This document shows positions 1 to 10,102 of a stretch of 64,000 bases of DNA, one piece after another. How positions within the stretch are numbered: the first letter of the stretch is position 1; each line of letters starts with the position of its first letter. The stretch lies in assembly GCF_006345805.1 (NCBI RefSeq), contig NC_042998.1, forward strand, positions 139,438,001 to 139,502,000. The letters run 5' to 3'. Source of the stretch: Octopus sinensis (lineage: Eukaryota). The notes below the pieces were generated by a model that saw nothing but the letters and a program-made list of their open reading frames with translations, had not been told where the DNA came from and ran no database searches. Position numbers and translations under genes: made by a program.

Positions 1-681
1 TATATATATATGTGTGTGTACACATTCATATAGCGTACATGTTGTTGATTGACACACACTCCGGCTGCCTGTGTGTACTTGCCCGGTTAGAAACAACATC
101 GCAAACAGCCGGATAGTAAAAGCTATATAGCAAAGACGGGCTAAAAGGTATGCCGTGGGCCGCATGCGGCTCTCGGAGATACCATAATCGGCTCCCGAGA
201 TAATAGTGTGTCTCGGTGCTATATTTTGCGAAAAAAAAGTATTACTAATAAATCCTTTGGCATTCCTGCCAGCCGGGGTTTTTTTTAAGTATAAACTATA
301 GAAATTAAGACTATATAAAGAAAGGCCTTCAACAAGCAGAATAATCGATCTCCTTGAGTAGGTAGGCTGTTATATTTCGTCATTTATATATATAATTTTT
401 TTAAATATGTTGCACCCCTTGAACTATGAATATATATATATGTGAGTGTGTGGCTCTTCATTATCTAATAACTTGGCCATCCCTAGCATACGTAAGTAAA
501 AGGAAATGGGATATATTTAAAGGAGACGAGAGTGGGTAATTGAAAGAAATCGGTCCCCCTCTTTTCGTCCAATATAATAAGCAAGAAGATTGTTGCGGAC
601 AACCGCAACTACCACTTGGCGACGACAGTGCAACAACAGTAAATTACATGACAACGGAAATAACCTAATAGTGTAACTTAC

Positions 682-900
682 CTGTAAACTTAGACGTCGA
701 TTGTGTTCATCAAATTAGAGGATTGACAACGTCTTTCATGCGAACATACTCGAACATTCAGCTTGATTTTATGCAATGATTGGTGTGCAGAGAGGGTTTG
801 GATGTTAGCTTCTCTCCTTGGCTTTTTAGTATGAAACAGGAGCTCGCTACAGAAAACTGGTTAGTAATCTAGCGAGATATTTTCTTTAAGAGATGAATAT
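682..900 (-). other. Putative 5' non-coding exon of a gene running off the left edge
   Basis: Minus-strand donor CAG|GTAAGTT at 682/681 in CpG-retaining sequence. The exon holds only short ATG ORFs (MFEYVRMKDVVNPLI*, MNTIDV*). Promoter motifs lie immediately upstream at 1064-1144. The 5' end is a guess. Confidence 0.4.
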
Positions 901-1063
901 AAATGTATATACACGCACATATATATATTAAGTATTTTAGTATAATATATATTTATGTACGTATCAATAAAAGAGAGGGGGACTTCGGTTCGCACGTCTT
1001 CCTGTTTTCTTTTCTTTTTTTCTTTTTTTTTTTACTTTCCTGATGAAGAGACTTTATAATGAG

Positions 1064-1144
1064 CCAATAGGAATAAAGCTTGTAACCAGCCAATCAGACT
1101 GCGGCTTAGTAAACACGCTTTAACTATTTTATCATGTGACGTCA
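1064..1144. promoter_or_regulatory. Promoter motif cluster: two CCAAT boxes and a perfect CRE palindrome
   Basis: AGCCAATAG (CCAAT 1064-1068), AGCCAATCAG (CCAAT 1090-1094), CATGTGACGTCA with TGACGTCA at 1137-1144. Confidence 0.5.
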
Positions 1145-1378
1145 ACACAAATTTTTTTTCCTTTTCACATATTTTTGTTCTGTTCTGCTTTTATTGTCAA
1201 AAGTAGAAAAAAAAGGAACTAAAAGAAAAAAGGTTATATAAAGGGAGTCACATATTTCAAAGTTACTTTGTCCTCAAAACGCTATCGGATTGATAAAAGT
1301 TTCATTGGGGGAAGGGTTATTTTTTCATTTGTCTGGTCATGTTCTCCCTCTCTTTTCACTCAGTCTCTCTATCTTTCC

Positions 1379-1435
<57 letters not shown>

Positions 1436-2732
1436 ATAATTTAAAGATGTTGGTATGTGAAAACTTTGACTAAATATAAGACAGGAGCTGTCATACAGAA
1501 ATACTCTTAAAAGTAAAAGAAAAAAGTTTTGGCCCATCATGTTATATTTATAAACCATCCTGTTGATGTATGTTGTAAATAAAAGAGTAAGACAATCCTA
1601 TAAGGGAATCCTCATGGACCCCTTTTATTCCTGTTTTACTCTACAGAACCCTAATAAACATTCAGTGTTCAAAAAAGTTCCATTATATTTTTTTAATTAA
1701 ATATTATCAGAAATTGTAATAAAAAATTGTTAAAATATTTTGTGTATTATAGGAATATAACCAATTTATGGCAGATAAATTTTAACACCAAAATCTTCTG
1801 TGCCCCATAGCACAAGGGCCATGTTGAAAACCCCTGCTCTACATTGTTATGAGACCATCTAGAAATAGCAACCATATATCCTACAAATCACACCCCTCTC
1901 TTAGAAAAGGATAAACTGAGTGTCCTGTTGATGGGGAGAAGGAAAGGTTGATATGGCTAGGATGTCTTTGTTCCTAGGTCTCCTTGATTTGAGCTGACCT
2001 TGGATTAAACAACAGCAACAAGGATATATATCTTTATCTTTTATTTGTTTCAGTCACTGGATTGCAGCCATGATGGGGCCTCTTTGAAGAGTTTAATCAA
2101 ACAAATCAACACCAGTTCTTATTTTAAGTCTGGTACTTATTCTATCAGTCTTTTTTGCCAAACTGCTAAGTCATGGGGGACATAAACAAACCAACAGTAG
2201 GTGAGACAAACACAAAACACACACACATATTCAGTTATATATAATTATTAGCAATAGAAGCAGTATTAGTACCAAAAGGCAATCATTATATCCAACTTAA
2301 CATGGATGTCTTGTTTAAATGCTGAATATTACTGTATTTACCTTAAGTGGTCCTCTCATATAGACACATGGTACCTTTTGGTACTAATACAGCTTCCATC
2401 ACTAATAATTATTTTGTAATAAGCCTATTGGCTATTTGCAATGTCAGTGACTGAAAAGACACCTGTGTTCTATATATCCTGGCAGCAAGATTTGGCTGGT
2501 ATGTCGTCACTGGAAGCCTCCTACTAAAGAAGTTTAGTACACTGAAATCACATGATCTGGCAGTTCTGGCACCCATATCTGATGATTCTCATCTACCATG
2601 ATATATGCCTATGCTTTTATGTACCATGTATCTGTATAAGAGGACCTCTAAAGGAAATACTACAGTATTCAGCATTCTAACAAAACATCCACTTTAAGCC
2701 GGTAGAACCATTAATCCCAACATGTTTCATTT

Positions 2733-2735
<3 letters not shown>

Positions 2736-2796
<61 letters not shown>
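2736..2796. repeat. (CT)n microsatellite
   Basis: Directly visible. Confidence 0.95.
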
Positions 2797-2799
<3 letters not shown>

Positions 2800-2950
2800 C
2801 CTAATTTTTTCCTCTCATCTCTTTCTGTCAGAGAGCATTGGCTTGAAATGTCAGAGACTTTCCTTTCTCCCTGAACATCAAACTAATACACCTGCTTGTT
2901 GTTCACTTACCTGTCTTTGTCTTTTGTTTACTGTGTAACATTTGAACTAT
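2800..2950 (+). mobile_element. Decayed Penelope-type terminal repeat (pLTR) with hammerhead-like motif
   Basis: Aligns by eye with 9832-10016 and 47086-47259 (ctttctg..gagc..gctt gaaa..; actaatacacctgcttgttgtt; cctgtctttgtcttttg). Confidence 0.65.
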
Positions 2951-2986
2951 AGATAGATAGATACATACATACATACATACATACAT

Positions 2987-3025
<39 letters not shown>

Positions 3026-3062
3026 TACATACATGGGTGGATGGATGGATGGATAGATAGAC

Positions 3063-3107
<45 letters not shown>

Positions 3108-3108
3108 T
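2950..3108. repeat. Compound tetranucleotide microsatellite (GATA/CATA/CAGA/GGAT)
   Basis: Directly visible. Confidence 0.95.
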
Positions 3109-3178
3109 ACATGGTTATGTGTGTGTATGTATATCTATATCTATACTCATACACACACAACAACAACAACAGCAGCAG

Positions 3179-3335
3179 CAAGCTTCCACACAGTTTCTGT
3201 CTACCAAATTCACTCACGAGGTATTGGTTGGCTCAGGGCTATAGTAGGGCCAAAGTACTGCACAGTGGGACTGAACCTGAACCAATATGGTTGAAAAGCA
3301 AGATTCTTAACCACACGATCATGTCTGCACCTGGA
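3179..3335 (-). mobile_element. tRNA-derived SINE head fragment (same family as 27900-28212)
   Basis: Reverse complement contains GGTTCAGTCCCACTGTG and the ..GTGAATTTGGTAGACAGAAACT segment. Confidence 0.75.
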
Positions 3336-3608
3336 AACATTTAAATTTTTTTTTTTTTTTATTTTTCCTTCAACAAACAAATAAACTTGTAGAATTACTG
3401 CAAGTAACTGTGAGGCTGAGATGCTGGAACAGCCACATATTCTCATGGTCTTCACTGGATACCTTAGTTAGAAAAGTTACCAAAGAAGTCAAGAATAACA
3501 TGGTTAATGGTTCTAATTTGAAAAATTTAATTTATCAATTTGGCAATACTTCTGTGATTTACTATGTTCAGTCACACACCTAGCAGCCCCCACCCCCTAT
3601 ACAATATA

Positions 3609-4002
3609 TTTATATATAAAGCTGAAGTTGTCTGTGAGTGGTAGGTTTGGTAGCCTTCAACTAACACTATCTCCTCCGAGACCCTGCAGCACAAGTTGAC
3701 CAAAATTGAGAGTATGATAGAAGGCTTGCTTTTCAATCCATAGAAGAAAAAAATTCAAATCAAACCATGTTGAGACCAAAAATTATTTACATCAAAAAGG
3801 TGCTTTTTTTTTCTATGAAAATCCCTATTTTTTACGATTTTTTTACTGCTGTATCGCCATTTTTCAGTGTATTTCAACCAGGAAAATGTTCACTTAAAGA
3901 GAATAACAATCTACATAATGCAAAATTTTTACTTTTCAAAAATTCCAATTCTAAAAGGTCGAAAAGAAAACAAACCCAAGCAACGCCAAGCTATACTGCT
4001 AG
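3609..4002 (+). mobile_element. Non-autonomous Helitron-type element
   Basis: 5' T(C>T)TATATATAAAGCTGAAGTTGTC. 3' end is a degraded hairpin CCCAAGCAACGCCAAG (3975-3990) then CTAG (3999-4002) and T. The 3' 30 bp are nearly identical to the end of 62817-63322. Confidence 0.7.
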
Positions 4003-5352
4003 TTTAGAATAAAAAGGAGCAAAAAAAATCACTTTCTATAGCATCCCTGTAAAAGACACCTGTAAAAGACAGACAGTTGGACAATATAGAGGTTACAAAA
4101 GGTAGACAAATATTCAAAAGGTAGGGGACAAAATGTAAAGAAAAAATTAACCTATCTCTACCCCAGTGACAAGGGGTAGAGGTAGATGTTAGGCCTCTTT
4201 TCATCACCTCTAATTTATCTCTGGAGTTTTAGAACTAAAGAGATATTTTTTAACAGGCCTTAAAAAACCTAATGGTATACCTTTTTCTACTCCTCTGAAG
4301 AAATTTTGCCTAATATAACGATTTTAATAATTGCTGTTTAATTTGTTAGGCTTAATTGAAACAGCTGTAAGGGATTATGTTTGATTTTTGCTGATAATAA
4401 ATTTTTATTAAATGCTATATCTCCATTTTCTTATTTTCTTTTGAATGATTATAAACCATGATTTATATATAAACCTATTATTTTATGAATATTATAATTC
4501 ACAACAAATATTAGGTATTGAACCAGTAATTCATTGGATGACAACATTCCTTAATGAGGTTAATTTAACTTCTAATTGAACATATACAGCTATACACACA
4601 CACACACACACACATATATATACACACACACACACATACATACACACACACACACATACATACATACATACATACATACATACATACACACACAACAGCA
4701 TCATTTAATGTCCTCTATCCATGCTGACATGGCTTGGACAGTTTGACTGGAGCTGACAAGTCAAAAAGCTGAGTCAAGCTTTACTGATGTTTTGGTATGG
4801 TTTATACCAATGCTTCTCAACCAGGTTCCACATCGCCCTTCAGGCTTCATATAAGATTTTGTTATCAAAATTTATGTGCAAAAATATAACCTCCTTCCTT
4901 CGCGGAGGTAATAAATTACTTATACTTCTACGATACACAGAATATTTCAACAATTTTTTATACAGAAGGAGAAGGAATGCAGTGAGTGGACACATGTATG
5001 TGAGTGTAAATATATAAATATATATATATTTATAAAAAAGATAAATTTTAATTTTCTTAAAAATTTTACATGTTTCGGTCCTTCTTGAAAAAAAACGAAC
5101 CTTATCAAAAATATTTTTAAAAGTTAAGTGTAATAAAAAAGTTCATAATTGTTTCTTACTAGTCTCAACAGAGTCCACATGGTGGTGTTTTGTGGCAGAG
5201 GGGAACATAATGGCTGTCTTGTGTGTTGACTAGATTTGTTGGCTGTAATTGGGGAAATGACCAGTGGCCGAAATAGCAGTAGTAGCAGTGACTGTTGGTC
5301 GTAGTAGTAGTAGTGACCATGATGGTGGTGGTGGTTGGAGTTGCAGCAGTGG

Positions 5353-5393
<41 letters not shown>

Positions 5394-5659
5394 CATCATC
5401 ATCATCCTCAAACATTTGTTTTCTATGCTGGCATGGGTTGGACAGCTTGACAAGAGCTGGTAATTAGAAGAGCTGCATCAGGTTCCAGAAACTGATGTAA
5501 TACAACACCAGGAATTGTTTTGAACACTGCCAACAACAAAAAAGAACACATATGCTGCACAAACCCCAGCAACATGGGTGATGTAGCACAAATTTGCTTG
5601 AAACTACTAAATCTTGAACAATAATAATGATGATGATGATGATAATAAGGAAGAGTTTA

Positions 5660-6760
5660 ACCAAAGAGCTGAGAAGAAGAGAAAAGAAGACCTTGAGATG
5701 AGAATGCATGAGCAGTTTGAAAGGAATACACAGGACGTTAAGGATAATACAGCATTGGGGCCATGGCTTGAGTGAGGTGATTTGAAGCGTACCACCAAAA
5801 GCCTGATCATTGCTGCACAAAGCCAAGCTTTCACTACCAATTCAGTGAAGTATAACATATATAAAAATTCTGACACCCAGAAATGCAGACTCTGTGGAAA
5901 GAGTGTGGAAAATATGTCCCACTTGGTATGTGGATGTGAGAGCTTTACACAAAAAGAATACAAGCTCCACCATGATAAAGTGTGTGTGTATCTTCATTGG
6001 CTCTTATGCCATAAATACCAATATGAAGTAACAGAGAACTGGTATGAGCATGTTCTAAGTAAAGCTATGTAGGAGGATGGAAAAGTAATGATACTCTGGA
6101 ACTATGATTTTTAGGTAGATCATGTAATTGAACACCGTCAGCCAGATATTGTCATATTGGATTAGAGAGACAAATACTTTTCTACTCTAGGCACAAGGTC
6201 TGAAATTTTGGGGAGGGGGCCAGTCAATTAGATCAACCCCTGTACGCAACTGGTACTTAATTTATCAACCCCAAAAGGATGAAAGGAAAAGTTGACCTCA
6301 GCAGAATTTGAACTCAGAATGTAAAGACAGATGAAATACGACTAAGCATTTTGCTCAGCATGCTAACGTTTCTGCCAGTTCACTGCCTTAATAAGAGAGA
6401 CAAATACTGTCTGATCATTGATGTAGCCATACCAAATGACATGAATATTGTGAGTAAAGAGGTTGAAAAAAATCACCAAGTACTCCGAATTGAAAGTGGA
6501 AATGGCAAGACTATATGGAACATGAGAGGGTAATGTAAAAGTGATACCAGTGGTGATTGGAGCGTTGGGCTCAATCCCATTGAAACTTCAAGACTTCTTA
6601 AGGTAACTGGAAATCCCATGCAAGATTGATGTCATGCGAAAAGCAGCCTTATTGGGCACAGTATACATCTTAAGAAAAGTATTATCTATCTGAGGTCCTT
6701 GTGTCTTGACAGATGATTAAAGACTCCAGTGCATTTTTACCTATACTGTGTCATGAAGGA
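5660..6760 (+). pseudogene. 3' part of an R4/Dong-like (restriction-like endonuclease) non-LTR retrotransposon
   Basis: CCHC knuckle CRLCGKSVENMSHLVCGC, HHDKVCVYLHW, and RQPDIVILD..DKYCLIIDVAIP (after removing the SINE at 6179-6393), then KVIPVVIGALG. Contains stops and frameshifts. Confidence 0.85.
6179..6393 (-). mobile_element. SINE with Nin/Deu-like core, flanked by a 15-bp TSD
   Basis: AGAGAGACAAATACT at 6164-6178 and 6394-6408. Minus strand has B-box GAGTTCAAATTC then CTTTCATCCTTTTGGGGTTGATAAATTAAGTACC, which resembles the Deu/Nin SINE domain (recognised from memory). Confidence 0.85.
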
Positions 6761-6764
6761 ATAA

Positions 6765-6852
6765 TGAGAAGAAGAAGAAGGGGAGGAGGAGGAGGAAGAA
6801 GAAGAAGAAGAGAAGAAGAAGAAGAAGAAGAAGAGAAGAAGAAGAAGAAAAG
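6765..6852. repeat. (GAA)n/(GGA)n microsatellite
   Basis: Directly visible. Confidence 0.95.
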
Positions 6853-6854
6853 AA

Positions 6855-7200
6855 GATGCCTGTCCTGGTGCCAACAGGATTGAAGAGAAAGAAGAAATAA
6901 TGAACAACTATGGTGGTGAACTGAAGTGGGAAATATTCAGATTGTAGGCAATGAAGAAAGTAGGCATGATACCAGCAGTGATTGGTGCACTTGGAAGTAA
7001 CAGTTTCCAACTACCAACATGGCTTAAAAAGATTGGAACAAATGTTAAGATAGAACACCAACAAAAATCATGTTTGGAACTACAAGAGTCCTCCACAGGC
7101 TTGTTGAAGCATGGTCAGTAAACAAGTGTCACTTTAGTCTGCTGAATGTCGCTTCTGACACTTTTCACTGTACCCATGAAAATAAAACTGAGATTTTTCA
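6855..7200 (+). pseudogene. Second R4/Dong-like LINE 3' end
   Basis: Translates as DACPGANRIEEKEE..LKWEIFRL..MIPAVIGALGS..WLKKIG..IEH, with disruptions. Confidence 0.65.
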
Positions 7201-7244
7201 TGATATAAATAAATAATTTAATTAATCAATTAATTAATTAATTA

Positions 7245-7309
<65 letters not shown>

Positions 7310-7310
7310 C
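7245..7310. repeat. (TAA)n microsatellite
   Basis: Directly visible. Confidence 0.95.
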
Positions 7311-7349
7311 TGATCTTAACTGTTTGGAAGTGTTATCATGAAAATTTTT

Positions 7350-7560
7350 TTTGTCTTGGTATAAAAGATGGGCTACAGCAAATATTCTGCTCAATACCAC
7401 AGATTTGCTTGTCAGTTGTTTGACCTTAAAATTTGTAATAGGAAGAAATTGGAGCAATAAACGTCATGCCTATAATAATTGTTGTGTTGGGAACAGTAAG
7501 CCAAGATATAGACAAATGGCTAAAGGAGATTGAAATAGAATGCCCAGTAGAGCTCCAATA
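7350..7560 (+). pseudogene. Third R4/Dong-like LINE 3' end
   Basis: ..EIGAINVMPIIIVVLGTVSQDIDKWLKEIEIECPVELQ matches the same terminal motif (IPVVIGALG..WL..I). Confidence 0.55.
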
Positions 7561-8110
7561 TGATATGCTTGAGAAGACCTGTTGAGTCAAGTAAAACCAA
7601 AATTGTAGCTGTAGTCAGTGCTGCCTGACTGGCTCCCATGCCGATAGCACGTAAAATGCACCATCTGAATGTGGCCGGCCAATGCCAATGCACCCTGACA
7701 TGCTCCCATGCCAGTGGCACATAAAATGCACCATCTGAAAGTGGCCGGCTGATGCCAGTGCACCCTGACGTGCTCCCATGCCAGTGGCACATAAAAAGCA
7801 CCATCCAAATGTGGTCGATGCCAGTACCCCCTGTCTGGCTCCCATGCCAGTGGAATGTAAAAAGCATTATCCGAACGTGAACAATGCCAGTGCCTCCTGG
7901 CTAGCACCTGTACCGGTGGCATGTAAAAAGCACTCACTACACTCTCATAGTGATTGGTGTTAAGAAGGGCATCCAGCTGTAGAAACACTGCCCGATCAGA
8001 CTGCAGCCTGGCGCAGCTGCTGGCTCTCCAGACCTCAGTCAAACTGTCCAACCCATGCTAGCATAGAAAACGGCCATTAAATAATAATGATGATGATGAT
8101 GGTGATGGTG
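7560..8110 (+). mobile_element. RTE 3' UTR/tail copy with an internal 66-70 bp minisatellite
   Basis: Units start at 7633, 7703, 7773, 7839 and 7905. They are followed by the GGTGTTAAGAAGGGCATCCAGCTGTAGAAA..CCCATGCTAGCATAGAAAACGG tail and (ATG)n. Confidence 0.85.
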
Positions 8111-8322
8111 ATGATGATGATTTGCTAGTTTCAGGCAGATTTCTACTGCATCACCTGCTACACCTCCATGTTGCTGAGCTGTGTTCAGCATTCTGTGTAC
8201 TTTTTTGTTGTTGGTGGAGTACAAACTCTTCCCTGTATTGTATTGCATCTGTTTTTGTTATGAGGCTGAGTTGCACTCTATTCTTGTGTTAGTGTTTGTA
8301 TTGTGTGTGTGTGTGTGGTGTG

Positions 8323-8353
<31 letters not shown>

Positions 8354-8692
8354 TGTGTGTGTATCATCAGCATCATCGTCATTGTCGTCATCGTCGTTTA
8401 ACATCCGTTTTCCATGCTGGTTGGACGCTTTGACTGGGGACTGGCAAGCCAGTAGACTTCCAAATAATGATAATAACGATGATGATGATGATGATGATAG
8501 CAATAATAATAAGGGCCCCACCTGCAAGGTCATGCACTGTTTATCTTGATATGAGATCACCATGTTGCACATATATGGTTGCGATGCATGTGCCTGGTGC
8601 ACCCTTATCAGACAGGTGGTCATGACTTGTATACTGGGCTTCGTATATTTTACCCCAGTGTCACTTGGATGGCGTGCACTGCTCTCTCACTC

Positions 8693-8732
<40 letters not shown>

Positions 8733-9639
8733 GAAACCATGCCAAATCAGACTAGAGTCTGTTGCAGCCTTCCAGCTTGCCAGCCCTGGTCAAACCATCC
8801 AACCCATGTCAGCATGGACAACGGACGTTAAATGGTGATGACGATGATGATGATGACATTTTACACAACACACACACACACACACACACGTCACAAGTAT
8901 TAGTTACATACAGTTCTAATTCTAATTTTTTTAAATATTACAGTTGTCTAAAGCCTTTTTAATGTCCTAGTACATTTAACTTATTATAAATAGTAAACTT
9001 TAAAATTATTTGTTATTCTCCAGTACCTTTCAATAAATTGTATCATTTTAAATACCTGTACATTCCTAAATAACTGTAACTAAATTATATCCTCGCCTTA
9101 TTAGCAGTTCGTTTAACGATAATATGACAATATACAATATACGTTATCTCCCTTAGACCTGCCAATATTTCGAATTTTAATTGTGGCTGCAGTACTATAA
9201 ATACAAATCGTTATTTATTTAGGCTAACTGCTTCGTCAATTTTCATCTTTTTCTTCCAAATTTCATTAATATCTTCAGAATACATATATAGTAAACTTGA
9301 GATTGAAATTAGGGAGCATCTTAACTTTGTATTATCTCGCATTTAAAACCATTTAAAACCATGAGCTGTATATCTTTCATACAATTAAAAATGTATTTAC
9401 TAATCTCAGATCTATCTTTTACTTCTTTTAGTCATTGAACTCCGGCCGTGCTTTGAAGGATTCTGAATGAAGAAATGAACCTGATTACTTAATTTTATAT
9501 TTAATTCTGGTACTTATTCTATAAATTTCCTTGCCAAACTGCTAAGTTATGACGGATATTAACAGACCAACGTACATAAATATACGTACCTGTTGTTAGA
9601 TGGTGGCAGGCGAACAAAAATAGACAGCCACACACACAC

Positions 9640-9649
9640 ACAATCATGT

Positions 9650-9680
<31 letters not shown>

Positions 9681-9750
9681 GTGTATAGGTATATGTATAT
9701 ATATATATATATAATATATATATATATATGTGTATAGGTATATGTATATA

Positions 9751-9814
<64 letters not shown>

Positions 9815-9830
9815 TATATATGTATATATG
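9640..9830. repeat. (TA)n microsatellite
   Basis: Directly visible. Confidence 0.95.
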
Positions 9831-9831
9831 A

Positions 9832-10014
9832 TAGATTGCTAGCCACTACACCTTCTTTATTTTCTCTCCTTGTTTTTTTCTCTGTTCCTTTCTGTGGAAG
9901 GGCGTAGGCTCGAAACGTTAAAGACTTTTTCACTTCCTGAGTGTTATACTAATACATCTGTTTGTTGTCTACACCACCTGTCTTCGTCTTTTGTTTTTTG
10001 TTGTGATTTCTCCC

Positions 10015-10016
<2 letters not shown>
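9832..10016 (+). mobile_element. Solo Penelope-type terminal repeat (pLTR) embedded in (TA)n
   Basis: Matches the 3' end (47086-47259) of the GIY-YIG-encoding element at 46057-47259. Confidence 0.8.
9888..9923 (+). ncRNA. Minimal type I hammerhead-ribozyme-like motif (A6U core variant)
   Basis: CTTT-CTGTGGA-A-GGGC(GTAG)GCTC-GAA-ACGT-T-AAAG. Stem I is CUUU/AAAG, stem II is GGGC/GCUC, stem III is the palindrome ACGU, and the cleavage triplet is GUU. Confidence 0.6.
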
Positions 10017-10045
<29 letters not shown>

Positions 10046-10048
10046 ATA

Positions 10049-10096
<48 letters not shown>

Positions 10097-10102
<6 letters not shown>

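Noticed and set aside
1039-1075. CTGATGAAGAG as a hammerhead core
   Set aside because: No closing stem II and no GAAA follow.
2903-2915. Minus-strand donor CAG|GTAAGT
   Set aside because: It lies inside a decayed repeat copy with no supporting exon.
7618-7935. CRISPR-like repeat array
   Set aside because: The units are contiguous, with no unique spacers, and sit in a eukaryotic LINE UTR.
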